64,000 nt of DNA. Source: an uncultured cyanobacterium (lineage in GTDB: Bacteria > Cyanobacteriota > Cyanobacteriia > Cyanobacteriales > Nostocaceae). Shown here one piece after another: positions 8,877-19,507 of this stretch; positions within the stretch are counted from its first letter, which is position 1, and each line of letters begins with the position of its first letter. The DNA is taken from assembly GCA_963740315.1 (NCBI GenBank), contig CAVUDP010000004.1:576001-640000 (forward strand), written 5' to 3'. Below the pieces are notes generated by a model. It was given only the letters and a program-made list of their open reading frames with translations. It did not search any database and was not told the DNA's origin. Made by a program: the position numbers and the translations under genes.

Positions 8877-9662
8877 ATGACCGAAACTAACAACGAATTA
8901 ACGCCATTACATACACTCAATCCTTTAAATCGATTTTCCGATAGAGTCGAAGATTATGCAAAATATCGTCCCAGTTATCCAGCAGCAGCAATCGATCGAA
9001 TCCTCGAAAATTTAACCTTACCCATCAATGCAGCGGATATTGGAGCGGGTACCGGAATTTCTTCGCGGTTGTTAGCCTCAAAGGGTGTTCAAGTAATTGC
9101 GATCGAACCAAATGCGGAGATGAGAAACGCGGGAATTAGAGATGCGACATCTTTGGTGGAATGGCAAGATGGAACCGCAGAAAATACTAATTTACCAGAC
9201 GCATCAATTGATTTAGTAACTTGTTTTCAAGCTTTTCACTGGTTTACTCCCGAACCAACTTTAGCGGAATTTCGTCGCATTTTGAAACCGAAAGGAAGAT
9301 TAGCGGTAGTGTGGAATAATCGCGATCGCAACGACGAATTCACCGCAGAATATAGCCGAATAGTTCGCGCAGCATCGAACAATCATCCCGCAGAATCGCG
9401 GATGAAATCGCTAGAACCTTTAACAGAAACTACCTATTTTAATAATTTTAAAGAATATACTTTTGTTTATCAACAAGAGTTAGATAAAAGCGGACTTATT
9501 GGACGTGCAAAGAGTGTTTCTTATCTTCCGAGTCAGGGGGAAGCTTACGAACAAGTTATTTCGGATTTAGAAAATTTATATCAGCGATTTCATAACGAAC
9601 AAGGTTTTGTTTACATGACTTATTGTACTAGCGTACATCTTGGCGAGCCAGTTATCAATTAA
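8877..9662 (+). CDS. Class I SAM-dependent methyltransferase (tandem paralog B)
   Basis: ADIGAGTG and CFQAFHWF; closely similar to 7959-8723. Confidence 0.9.
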   Translation: MTETNNELTPLHTLNPLNRFSDRVEDYAKYRPSYPAAAIDRILENLTLPINAADIGAGTGISSRLLASKGVQVIAIEPNAEMRNAGIRDATSLVEWQDGTAENTNLPDASIDLVTCFQAFHWFTPEPTLAEFRRILKPKGRLAVVWNNRDRNDEFTAEYSRIVRAASNNHPAESRMKSLEPLTETTYFNNFKEYTFVYQQELDKSGLIGRAKSVSYLPSQGEAYEQVISDLENLYQRFHNEQGFVYMTYCTSVHLGEPVIN

Positions 9663-9826
9663 CAATTAACAATTATCAATTAAAAAATGTAGGCTGTGTT
9701 AGACGGAACGTCGTAACGCACCATTTTACATTAATTTGTTGCGTTAAACTTATATATAAAGTTGGATAGGTTAACTTAAATAGATAACCTATTTTTTTAT
9801 ATGTAAAAATCACAATAATTTTAACA

Positions 9827-10747
9827 ATGCCAAAAGCACAATATGAATATTATTGCATCAACACCCCAACCAAATTAGTTAAAGAAGTATTCGGAGATAT
9901 TAACGTTTATACGCAAAATGCCAAATCTTTGCTAACAAAAGCAAGTGGTTTTATTAGTGCTTATGACTTTACTTTAAATCCTTATCGTGGCTGTCAATAT
10001 GGCTGTAGTTATTGTTATGCTGCGGCTTTTAGTCCTAATTCAAAAATGCGCGATGATTGGGGAAAATGGGTGATTATCAAGCAAAATGCGGCAGAAATTT
10101 TAGAAAAGGAGTTAGAAAGATGGTGTAAAAAAAATCCCGATAAACCTCCTCGAATCTATATGAGTAGCGTTACAGATCCATATCAACCAATCGAATCGAA
10201 GCATGAATTAACTCGTTCTTTGTTAGATGTAATGTATCCTTACCGTCCAATATTAGTAATCCAAACTCGCAGCCCGATTATTACTAGAGATATTGATATT
10301 TTACAGCGATTTAAGCACCTGCGAGTTAATATGAGTATCCCAACTGGAAGTGAATCTGTAAGACGAGATTTTGAACCGCGATCGCCAAGTGTTAAAGCCA
10401 GATTAAATGCAATTACAAAAGTTAAGCAAAGCATCGATTCTGATAAAGGTTTTATTCCCAAGGTTTCGATTACAATTACACCTTTGCTTCCGACTTTAGA
10501 GAAAGACGAAGCCGCTTTTATTGAAAAGCTAAAAATAGCAGATAGAGTCGTAATTCAGGATTTTCACCCTAGCCAAAATCGTTCGCTTGTTGCTACAACC
10601 CGTGAAGAAACAGAAGAAATTAAGCAGAAATACGCTTGGTGGTACGACACAGAAAAACTAAGCTATATAAGATTCAAAGAAAAATTAATGTCCGAACTTC
10701 CTAATGTAGAAATAAGGGAAGGAAAAGACGGTTTTGGCTATGATTAA
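9827..10747 (+). CDS. Radical SAM protein, spore photoproduct lyase (SplB)-like
   Basis: NPYRGCQYGCSYCYA CxxxCxxC motif and SSVTDPYQPIE. Confidence 0.88.
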   Translation: MPKAQYEYYCINTPTKLVKEVFGDINVYTQNAKSLLTKASGFISAYDFTLNPYRGCQYGCSYCYAAAFSPNSKMRDDWGKWVIIKQNAAEILEKELERWCKKNPDKPPRIYMSSVTDPYQPIESKHELTRSLLDVMYPYRPILVIQTRSPIITRDIDILQRFKHLRVNMSIPTGSESVRRDFEPRSPSVKARLNAITKVKQSIDSDKGFIPKVSITITPLLPTLEKDEAAFIEKLKIADRVVIQDFHPSQNRSLVATTREETEEIKQKYAWWYDTEKLSYIRFKEKLMSELPNVEIREGKDGFGYD

Positions 10748-12050
10748 ACTTATATCTAATTGGTGGCGTTCTTTTCAGTTTAAATTAGCTTTGCAACAAG
10801 GTAACAAGCTTCAAGCAATAAAGTTGTTGCGAGTAATTGAAAAATCCGGTGCAAGATTATCTTATTTAGAAAAATTATTTAGAGATAAATTACAGCTTGA
10901 AGATTCTGCAAAACAATATAAACAAGAAACAGCAATTTTAAGCGGAAAACTCAATACTGCATTGCAGGAATTAGAACAAAAACCGGCTATTGAAAATAAA
11001 CCTAATCTTACATTAACTCCAGAGCAAGAATTTATTAATTTTATTTACAAAACATTTAATTTAATTCAACATGATGATAATAAATTACAATGCACTGGAA
11101 TAGATGAAAGAATATTTGATGATTTTGAAGCTCAATTAGTTGAGTATCTCAAAAGTGAATTTAGTAGAATCCCGGATAAACAGCTAATAGTTAAACTCGA
11201 AGATGCTTTAGAAGATATTAATAGTTTAAAGTGTGGAAAAGACCCAGACTATCGTTTTAGTTTGACTCCCCACGTTTATTACATGAAGTATTTTCTAGAA
11301 AATGTATATTGCATTTACTTAGCTTGGTTTTTAATTTACGAATCTGGATTATTACCTACTAATATTAACATTTTAGATATTGCAGCAGGACCGGGAACAG
11401 TTGCTTATGGTTTGGCTTTGTTTTTGCAAAGTACCAGCGGCTTTTTTAAACCACAGATGCATATCTCTTACTACTCGTTAGAAAAGCAAGATGCATTTCA
11501 ATTTCGAGGTTTGCAGTTTTGGAGAAGGTATATCGAATCGCGCAAAAGTGCCGTTAATGCTTTCTTTCGGTTCGTAACTACAGATATATTTAGTTGGGAT
11601 AAGCGATCGAGTAATATACCAGCAGATTTCTTTGATTTCGTTGTGATTTCTCACTGTTTTTTTAACGATTCTGCAAGAAGTTGTCAAGCAAACAGTATTT
11701 ATAAACAAATAATTGATAACAGTTTGAAAGAAGAGGGTTACGCGCTTTTAATTCTTCAAGACAAAAAGTTATATAAAGGTTATGATGCCTATCAATGTGA
11801 AGATCGCGAACAAGAAAAAAGATTGATAAATAAATTTATGGAAGAATTAGGATTAGAGCTAGTATGGTATAAATATTTAACATCTACAGGTTTAAGAAGT
11901 CCTTTAAAAGGTGCTGAATTTGCTAAGTTTGCTCAAGAAAAATTACATAAGCAACTTTATATGAGTCAAATACTTCAAAAGTATTTAAATCAGAAGTTTC
12001 AATCATGCTATACGTTAGATGATTATGTAATTTTAGCTAAAAAATCTTAA
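10740..12050 (+). CDS. Hypothetical protein with C-terminal SAM-dependent methyltransferase-like domain
   Basis: ILDIAAGPGT motif and FDFVVISHCF; overlaps the radical SAM stop codon. Confidence 0.7.
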   Translation: MIKLISNWWRSFQFKLALQQGNKLQAIKLLRVIEKSGARLSYLEKLFRDKLQLEDSAKQYKQETAILSGKLNTALQELEQKPAIENKPNLTLTPEQEFINFIYKTFNLIQHDDNKLQCTGIDERIFDDFEAQLVEYLKSEFSRIPDKQLIVKLEDALEDINSLKCGKDPDYRFSLTPHVYYMKYFLENVYCIYLAWFLIYESGLLPTNINILDIAAGPGTVAYGLALFLQSTSGFFKPQMHISYYSLEKQDAFQFRGLQFWRRYIESRKSAVNAFFRFVTTDIFSWDKRSSNIPADFFDFVVISHCFFNDSARSCQANSIYKQIIDNSLKEEGYALLILQDKKLYKGYDAYQCEDREQEKRLINKFMEELGLELVWYKYLTSTGLRSPLKGAEFAKFAQEKLHKQLYMSQILQKYLNQKFQSCYTLDDYVILAKKS

Positions 12051-12141
12051 TCTATATATTTTATCCTTCTAAATTCGCACAGAAAGTTTTTAAGTAAATA
12101 TTTATGCTTTGATAAAATAAACAACCAATTTGGCAACGGTA

Positions 12142-13011
12142 ATGCAACAACCCTGCCGAGAAGCAGAATCTTCTATAAGCTGGCATGGAAAACTGAATTT
12201 AGTTTATAACCATAGCCGAAATAAAACTACATTAATTCAAAGCCAAAACCAAGCCCCGCTAAAAGTACAGCGTCCATTTTATCCTGAAGGAAAATCGGTT
12301 TGTCATAGCGTAATTTTACACACCGCTGGGGGAATTGTCGGTGGCGATCGCCTATCATCCAACTTCCACCTCCAACCCCACGCAAAAGCATTAATTACCA
12401 CAGCCGCAGCTAACAAAATTTATCGTAGTAACGGTTTACAAGCCAGACAAAATATAGACATCAAAGTTGATAATTGTGCTTATTTAGAATGGCTTCCCCA
12501 AGAAACAATCGTCTTTAACGACGCAAATTATCGGCAAGATATACGCATAGAATTAGCGGATTATGCCAACTTTATCGGCTGGGAAATTACCAGATTTGGG
12601 CGCACCGCTAGAGGTGAGAAATTTGTTAAGGGAGAATGGCGCAGTAACACCGAAATTTGGCAAAATAACAAACCATTATGGATTGACAGACAATATTTAC
12701 CCGGTAGCGAAGAAGTTTTTCATAGTCCCCACGGTTTAGCTGGAAAACCAATTGTAGGTACTTTAGTTTACCTCGGACAAACCGTTTCCACAGAAATAGT
12801 CCAACAAGCACGCAATTTCATCCCCCCTTCTCCCCCTTTCCCCTTCCCCCCATCTTCTTACGGTGTGACTCGTTTAGAAAATGGACTTTTGTGTAGATAC
12901 CGTGGTGATTCGACAACCGAAGTGAGAAACTGGTTTATTAGTGTTTGGCAGCTATTGCGGATGTCTTTTTTAAATCGCGATCGCTGTTTACCAAGAGTTT
13001 GGATGCTTTGA
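12142..13011 (+). CDS. ureD: Urease accessory protein UreD
   Basis: APLKVQRPFYPE, LHTAGGIVGGD and LEWLPQETI; precedes ureA. Confidence 0.93.
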   Translation: MQQPCREAESSISWHGKLNLVYNHSRNKTTLIQSQNQAPLKVQRPFYPEGKSVCHSVILHTAGGIVGGDRLSSNFHLQPHAKALITTAAANKIYRSNGLQARQNIDIKVDNCAYLEWLPQETIVFNDANYRQDIRIELADYANFIGWEITRFGRTARGEKFVKGEWRSNTEIWQNNKPLWIDRQYLPGSEEVFHSPHGLAGKPIVGTLVYLGQTVSTEIVQQARNFIPPSPPFPFPPSSYGVTRLENGLLCRYRGDSTTEVRNWFISVWQLLRMSFLNRDRCLPRVWML

Positions 13012-13113
13012 AAATTTCAATTAAAACCTCTTTTTACCCCATTCCCTGCTCCGGGAAGGGGAGTTAAGTTTCCCAGATTTAGACACTATTAGCACAAAAA
13101 TGGAGAAAAAAGA

Positions 13114-13416
13114 ATGCAATTGACACCACAAGAAAAGGATAAATTATTAATTTTTACCGCTGCATTATTAGCAGAAAGACGCAAAGCAAGGGGTGTAAAA
13201 TTAAATTATCCCGAATCGATCGCTTTTATTACTGCTGCAATTTTAGAAGGTGCAAGAGATGGACAAACTGTAGCTGAATTAATGAGTTTTGGAACAACTT
13301 TATTAACTCAAGATGATGTCATGGAAGGTATCGCGGAAATGATTCCAGAAGTACAGGTAGAAGCGACTTTTCCCGACGGCACAAAACTAGTAACCGTCCA
13401 TAATCCAATTCAATAA
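13114..13416 (+). CDS. ureA: Urease gamma subunit
   Basis: [11 protein letters not shown]...[18 protein letters not shown]. Confidence 0.97.
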   Translation: MQLTPQEKDKLLIFTAALLAERRKARGVKLNYPESIAFITAAILEGARDGQTVAELMSFGTTLLTQDDVMEGIAEMIPEVQVEATFPDGTKLVTVHNPIQ

Positions 13417-13509
13417 ATTTTAAATTTTAGATTATTACACTGAAATAACAATTAGAAAGAGAATGTTTTCTTAATTCACTATTACCAATTACCTATTACC
13501 ATTTTTATT

Positions 13510-13815
13510 ATGATTCCAGGTGAAATAATTACCCCAGAAGGCGACATTGAATTAAACGCAGGTCTTTCCACCATACAATTAAAAGTAGCAAATACAGGAG
13601 ATAGACCTATACAAATAGGTTCCCATTTCCACTTTTACGAAGTCAACCCCGCATTAAACTTCGATAGAGAAACCACACGAGGAATGCGTCTTAATATCCC
13701 CGCAGGAACAGCCGTTAGATTTGAACCAGGAGACGAAAAAGAAGTTACCTTAGTACCCCTTGCTGGTAGTCGTCAAGTTTACGGATTCAACGCCAAAATA
13801 AACGGGAAATTGTAG
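13510..13815 (+). CDS. ureB: Urease beta subunit
   Basis: MIPGE...[19 protein letters not shown]...[11 protein letters not shown]. Confidence 0.97.
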   Translation: MIPGEIITPEGDIELNAGLSTIQLKVANTGDRPIQIGSHFHFYEVNPALNFDRETTRGMRLNIPAGTAVRFEPGDEKEVTLVPLAGSRQVYGFNAKINGKL

Positions 13816-13913
13816 AGACATGATAGATCGCGTCTCTATATGTTTCGTAATGGTAAGCAAGTACAAATAGCCGATTTAGATAACCTCAAGCCATTAATGT
13901 AAATACTTTTCCT

Positions 13914-13958
13914 CTCTGCGTACCCTCTGCGCTTATCTTAGCGTCCCTTTGCGTTAAA
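13914..13958. repeat. 45-bp CTCTGCG-type repeat, inverted relative to the copy at 43725-43769
   Basis: CTCTGCGTACCCTCTGCGCTTATCTTAGCGTCCCTTTGCGTTAAA aligns with the reverse complement of 43725-43769 with about 7 differences. Confidence 0.8.
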
Positions 13959-14316
13959 AAAAAAGACCTCTACGTCCTACAATGTTCGTACTTTTAACAA
14001 GTTTGAATTGCCATTTATGAAATAAATATACTAATTTAGATACTTCTAAACCAACATTTATCATAAATACTTAAAAATAAACTCCGCATCATCCCTTAGA
14101 CAACTAACCGCGTAATATCACCTTTCATCCGTGTATCTGCACTGGCAGCAAACACTGAAACGATGCTAATTTAGCAACACGAATGAAACTTTTGTTACTT
14201 CTTTATAGGGTGCATTGACAGGTTTAGTATATATAGCCCCATCCACAATCGGATGAGGGTAATTTCGCGTAACAAAGATTCATCCCTTCTAACAAATTCA
14301 ACGCGAAAAATATCAA

Positions 14317-16494
14317 ATGACTTTTGAAAAAACTGTTAATAAATTTATCACGACCGAAGCAATAAAATCCGGAACGGAATCCGGCGAACAAAAAATATGG
14401 GACGCTGTTAAAAATACTTTTGCCGATCGAAACTGTATCGGCTATTGGCGATATCCAATTTTCTCGAAGGTAGGCGAAATTCGTAAGGAACCCGATATTC
14501 TTGTTGTCGATCGCGAATTTGGTTTAACTGTAGTTGAAATTCTGCCAGTTACTATTGACCAAATAAGCACTATTAGCGATCGCAATTGGCTATTACAAAA
14601 CTTCCGAACAGCCGAAGCGTCTCCATCTCAATTAGCAGAACAACAAATACGCGCAATAATAGCATATACCGACCGAGAACCGGCTATTTGGCGTAAAGTT
14701 AACGGTAGAGTTATTGTTGCACTACCTCTAATTACTCAAGAACAGTGGCAGCAAAGAGGATTTGACCAACTACCTAACTGTCCTACAATTATTTTTCAAG
14801 ATCAATTAACTAAAGCTGCTTTACTCGAACGCATTCAACAAACTTCTCCTTTAGTACCTGGAGAAAACTTAGAAGATAAAGATTGGGAATTACTGCTTTC
14901 GGTAATTGGTGGAACTCCAGTACTTCGTAAACCTCAGCGCGATATTGCTGTTAGTGGTAAAACCCGCGCTAGCGTCATGGATGCTTTGCGTCAAAAGTTA
15001 TATGAAATAGATTTACAGCAAGAACATATTGGTAAAGAAATTCCCCCCGGACCTCAACGTATCCGTGGTATTGCGGGTTCTGGTAAAACTGTGTTGCTGT
15101 GTCAAAAAGCGGCGCATATGCATTTGAAGCACCCCGATTGGGATATTGCTTTGGTGTTTTTCACTCGCTCTTTATACGACTTAACGATCGCTTTATTAGA
15201 CCAGTGGATGCGTCGTTTTAGCGGTGGAGATTTACAATATGACCCCAAAACCAATTTAAAATTGCGGGTGCTTCATGCTTGGGGTGCGAAAGAACAACCG
15301 GGTTTATATGGCACAATTTGCGAATACCACGGTAAAAGACGCGGAACGGTTGTGGATACCAATCAAGGACAACCAAATCGAGGTTTAGCCGAGTTATGCA
15401 AGCGGTTGCAGGAAGAAACCACAATTAAGCCGATGTTTGACGCTATCTTGATTGATGAAGGTCAAGATTTAGTTGCTGACGAAAATTTAAAATATCAAGA
15501 TAAACAAGCAATTTACTGGTTAGCTTATCAAGCTTTACGACCTGCAAGCGAAGAAACGCCAGAAGAAAAGCGGTTAATTTGGGCTTACGATGAAGCGCAA
15601 AGTCTTGATAGTTTAGTTGTACCAAAAGCTAAAGAAGTATTTGGAGAAGAATTAAGCAACCTTTTGAACAAACAGCCACAATATCCCGGTGGAATCAAAC
15701 GTTCGGAAGTAATGCGCCACTGTTACCGCACTCCCGGACCAATTTTAACCGCAGCCCACGCTATTGGTATGGGTTTGCTGCGCGGTGAGGGAATGCTTTC
15801 TGGTATTACTAATAAAAAAGATTGGGACAGAATCGGTTATGAAGTCCAAGGTGATTTTAGAAAAGTCGGAGAGCCAATCACCATAGTGCGATCGCCACAA
15901 TTTTCTCCCAACCCAATTCCCGAACTTTGGGGAGAACCCGTACTAGAATTTAAAACCTATAATTCTCGTGAGGAAGAATTAACGGCTTTATCTGAGAACA
16001 TCATGCACAATATTGTTAATGATGGTCTTAATCCCAGTCGCGATATTTTGGTAATAGTGTTGGGTTCTAATTCCGAAGCGATAGAGCTAGAAAGAAAAGT
16101 TGCCGGTTTTTTAATGGATCAAAATATTGACGTTTACATTCCCACTGCTAAAATATTAAACGACTTGTATCCAGAATATCCTAATAACGACCCCGATAAA
16201 TTCTGGCATGACGATGGCGTTACAGTGTCTCGTATCAACCGCGCTAAAGGACATGAAGCGGATATGGTTTATGTAGTCGGCTTTGATAAAGTCGCTCGTA
16301 ACGAGAATGATATGAATCATCGTAACCAATTGTTTGTAGCCTTAACTAGGGCGCGTGGTTGGGCTTCTCTGAGCGGTGTAGGGAATTATCCGATGTATGA
16401 TGAAATGCGGCGAGTAATTACTAGTGGCAATACTTTTACCTTTACTTACAAACGTCCACCGAAGCGCGATATTGGAGATGGGGAGGATGTTTAG
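14317..16494 (+). CDS. NERD-like nuclease fused to a superfamily 1 (UvrD-like) helicase
   Basis: N-terminal EPDILVVD..G..VVE; Walker A GIAGSGKT, LIDEGQD, AKGHEAD and LFVALTRAR. Confidence 0.85.
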   Translation: MTFEKTVNKFITTEAIKSGTESGEQKIWDAVKNTFADRNCIGYWRYPIFSKVGEIRKEPDILVVDREFGLTVVEILPVTIDQISTISDRNWLLQNFRTAEASPSQLAEQQIRAIIAYTDREPAIWRKVNGRVIVALPLITQEQWQQRGFDQLPNCPTIIFQDQLTKAALLERIQQTSPLVPGENLEDKDWELLLSVIGGTPVLRKPQRDIAVSGKTRASVMDALRQKLYEIDLQQEHIGKEIPPGPQRIRGIAGSGKTVLLCQKAAHMHLKHPDWDIALVFFTRSLYDLTIALLDQWMRRFSGGDLQYDPKTNLKLRVLHAWGAKEQPGLYGTICEYHGKRRGTVVDTNQGQPNRGLAELCKRLQEETTIKPMFDAILIDEGQDLVADENLKYQDKQAIYWLAYQALRPASEETPEEKRLIWAYDEAQSLDSLVVPKAKEVFGEELSNLLNKQPQYPGGIKRSEVMRHCYRTPGPILTAAHAIGMGLLRGEGMLSGITNKKDWDRIGYEVQGDFRKVGEPITIVRSPQFSPNPIPELWGEPVLEFKTYNSREEELTALSENIMHNIVNDGLNPSRDILVIVLGSNSEAIELERKVAGFLMDQNIDVYIPTAKILNDLYPEYPNNDPDKFWHDDGVTVSRINRAKGHEADMVYVVGFDKVARNENDMNHRNQLFVALTRARGWASLSGVGNYPMYDEMRRVITSGNTFTFTYKRPPKRDIGDGEDV

Positions 16495-16521
16495 AAATTT
16501 CTGAGTTAAACTAAGAAAAAT

Positions 16522-16555
16522 GCTAAGGGGGCGGGCTTAAACCGCCCTCTTTAGC
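16522..16555. terminator. GC-rich hairpin downstream of the helicase gene
   Basis: GCTAAGGGGGCGG-GCTTAAA-CCGCCCTCTTTAGC. Confidence 0.55.
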
Positions 16556-17003
16556 AGAGGAACGCTAATGTGTAAAGTACCATGATATTTCAGGCGAGTG
16601 CGTCCGCATTATTCCTGAAATATCTCACCGCTAGTTTAGTAACCATCCGTGGTTATACAGTCAGAAGATATAATTGTTAGTGGTTAGTAGTTAGTTTTTA
16701 ATTGCTTGAATTTTTTGTAGGTATAGCTTTTAGGCGATTTATTTGCCTAATTCGCTGTAAATCTAAACAGCTTTTTCTATTTTCTTATACTTGTATACTT
16801 TTTTAATTGTTCGCAATTAGAGCAGGTTATCTGGTAATATTCACTTCTGTTAAAAAATCTTTACAGTAATTTGCTTAATCGATTTGCGAGAAAATTTTAT
16901 TTTGATATAGAGCTACGAATATTAAAGTAATCTCAAACTGCTAACGAAACGGATGTCAGTTCGAGATTACTTTATGCTTTGTGGGATTAGTTTTTTGTAT
17001 TAA

Positions 17004-17216
17004 TTACTCTTCTACCACTTCAACTAATTCCTCAATCATCACATCGAATGTACGGGCTAATTTCCGAATAGCAGTAAAATCAACCATCGTCATTCCAGGA
17101 GAGCGAGCGTAAGTTCTCAAAGTGCTATAAACAACTCCAGAACGGTCAGATACATCTTTGAGTGTCCAACCTTTCTCAGCGGCAAGCTCTCTAACTTTTA
17201 ACCTAATTATTCCCAT
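17004..17216 (-). CDS. XRE/Cro-C1 family HTH regulator (copy 1)
   Basis: 70 aa, GWTLKDVSDRSGVVYSTLR; close paralog of the adjacent gene. Confidence 0.88.
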   Translation of the reverse strand: MGIIRLKVRELAAEKGWTLKDVSDRSGVVYSTLRTYARSPGMTMVDFTAIRKLARTFDVMIEELVEVVEE

Positions 17217-17301
17217 AATTTATTAAACCAAACAATTTATATTAGTTTGATTAACTTTATTGTTTAAATATTGACTCGTTAAATAAATTAATTAAAAGGG
17301 C

Positions 17302-17514
17302 TTACTCTTCCACCACTTCGACTAAATCCTCTATCATCACATCAAATACACGAGCTAGCTTTTGAATCGCAGTAAAATCAACGCTTCCCATTCCTGGAGA
17401 ACGTGCATAAGCTCTAACCGTGCTATAGACTAACCCAGAACGGTCTGACACATCTTTAAGCGTCCAACCTTTCTCATTAGCAAATTCTCTGATTCTTAAT
17501 CTAACAATCCCCAT
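17302..17514 (-). CDS. XRE/Cro-C1 family HTH regulator (copy 2)
   Basis: 70 aa, GWTLKDVSDRSGLVYSTVR. Confidence 0.88.
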   Translation of the reverse strand: MGIVRLRIREFANEKGWTLKDVSDRSGLVYSTVRAYARSPGMGSVDFTAIQKLARVFDVMIEDLVEVVEE

Positions 17515-17771
17515 TACACACTTGACAAGTGATACCTTGTTATCATTTAATATTTATATTCTATCAAAAATAAATGATTACCCTTCACAATAACAGAAAA
17601 AGGGTAATCACAATAAGTAAAATTCCAAATCCCGAAAACAAAGTGCATCACCAGATTCCTCCTACTAGCAATAGGGCTTATCTGGTAACTGATGCATCTA
17701 CTACTGCATACAGGATTCATCTAATACTGCTTGCAGGTTTCATTTACTATTGCTTACAGGATTTATCTACC

Positions 17772-18266
17772 ATGTTAACATCGCTTAAACCAAGAAAGCT
17801 CGTCATCAGACAATCAAAAATTTCTTATAAATCTTCAGAAATCCATCCTTTAGCCAGATTCGTTACCGAAGAAGCAGTTTGTTTAAAATTTAATATCAAA
17901 TTTGAAGATATTTATGTAGTCGAATGCTGGCAATATGTCGTCTACGTCCACGGCAAGGGTTTGAGCAAGTTTGTCAGCTATGCCGATTTCCCGCCAATCA
18001 TAGGAGTTGCGCCACCTACCACTTCAGAAATGGCTAAATGGTGCAGACGCTGGTTAAAGCAACATAACTTTGTTCATAGGAAGCACGCTCCTAGATGGTG
18101 GGCGCAATTCTTCGCAATCCAATTTAAACAAAGTATTTGGGAGACAGTTTTATATGAGTGGGGCAAATTAATTGGGTTAATTAAATTTGCCTTTCATGAA
18201 GAAATATTACAGCAACTGCGAAATTGCTATCGCCACAATAAAGAATTGTTAGTGGTTAGTAGTTAG
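17772..18266 (+). CDS. Hypothetical cyanobacterial protein
   Basis: Probable start ATG 17772; VECWQYVVYVHGKGLSKFVSYADF motif; divergent from the XRE pair. Confidence 0.6.
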   Translation: MLTSLKPRKLVIRQSKISYKSSEIHPLARFVTEEAVCLKFNIKFEDIYVVECWQYVVYVHGKGLSKFVSYADFPPIIGVAPPTTSEMAKWCRRWLKQHNFVHRKHAPRWWAQFFAIQFKQSIWETVLYEWGKLIGLIKFAFHEEILQQLRNCYRHNKELLVVSS

Positions 18267-18377
18267 TTGTGAAGCAGCGCGATCTTGGGGGTTTCCCCCA
18301 TGAGCGACTGCTGAACCCGAAGGGTTAGTTATTAACTCCTAACTCCTAACTCCGGTGGTTCCAACTCCTAACTATTA

Positions 18378-19289
18378 TCAACCATTGGCTGATTCCAAAA
18401 GCTGTTTCCTGGCTCTTTCAGCCCGTGCTTCTGCGCTCGTCATGACTTCTTCCATATTTTCAAGCATTTCACCGGGGAAGTTTTCTAAAACTTTGGTAGA
18501 AATTGCAACTCTACCTTTACCTTCATCTATGTCAATGATGAGAGCTTTAATTTCTTGCGAGGGTTGAAATACCTTTTCGATATTGTCAATAAACTTCTGG
18601 CTGATCTGCTTGATATGAAGTAAAGCGCTAACCCCATTTAGATCGACAAATACGCCAAATGGTTTGATACCAGTTATTTTTCCTTCTACTAACTGACCGA
18701 TTTCTAATAAACTGAAGCTCGCAGAACTTTTCGCCAAACGTTGAGAAAGTACGAGTTTGTTAGTGTTTTGGTTTATTTCTAAAAAGCTAACGGTGAGTTT
18801 TTGACCTCTGAGTGCTTCCAAATTGTTGCGCTCAAGCAGGTGAGAACGAGGAATAAAACCGCGCAAACCAAGAAGATCGACGGTGACACCACCTTTATTG
18901 GTGTTCATTACCTGCACGTCTACACTCTTAGAATTCTCTTGCATTTCTAGCAACTTGCGCCAAATCTGCCTCATTTCTAACTGGCGGCGAGAAATGGTTA
19001 CTTGCCCTTCTGCATTTTGCTCTTGGACAATTACAAATTCTAGTTCCTCATGAAGTGGTAGAACGGATGATAAATCTATTACCTCTCTCAAAGCCGCTTC
19101 ATGACGGGGAATAAAGGCACTTGACTTGCCCCCAATATCGGCATAAGCTCCATCTGGATCGATTTGGAATACTTTCCCTTTAACTACCTGCCCTTTTTGG
19201 AACTGGTAGTCATGTTTTTCTAAAGCTGCCGCAAAATCGTCCATTGTAAAAGACGTACCGGCTTTTTGAGAGTTTGCTTCGTTCTCCAT
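18378..19289 (-). CDS. S1 RNA-binding protein (ribosomal protein S1 paralog)
   Basis: Three S1 domains (GQVVKGKV, GGVTVDL.GLRGFIPRSHL, GQLVEGKITGIKPFGVFV). Confidence 0.9.
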   Translation of the reverse strand: MENEANSQKAGTSFTMDDFAAALEKHDYQFQKGQVVKGKVFQIDPDGAYADIGGKSSAFIPRHEAALREVIDLSSVLPLHEELEFVIVQEQNAEGQVTISRRQLEMRQIWRKLLEMQENSKSVDVQVMNTNKGGVTVDLLGLRGFIPRSHLLERNNLEALRGQKLTVSFLEINQNTNKLVLSQRLAKSSASFSLLEIGQLVEGKITGIKPFGVFVDLNGVSALLHIKQISQKFIDNIEKVFQPSQEIKALIIDIDEGKGRVAISTKVLENFPGEMLENMEEVMTSAEARAERARKQLLESANG

Positions 19290-19507
19290 AACAAATTGAA
19301 GATGAATTAAGATTTAGAACGCCCTTTGTCAGAGCAAATTATTAGTTATCAATTGTTAATTAGTCAGCGAATAATAATTTACTATTTCAACCACCTTTCC
19401 TAGACAGTTTTTGAGCCGTAAAAAAAGAAGGTTAATTGCAAACAGTTAATCCGACTACTAACCAATGACAACTCTTACACCATATCCTACAAATCCAGTC
19501 AAGATGG

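Noticed and set aside
13960..14316. LexA or NtcA boxes upstream of the helicase gene
   Set aside because: Only partial matches, with wrong spacing for GTA-N8-TAC or the cyanobacterial LexA consensus.
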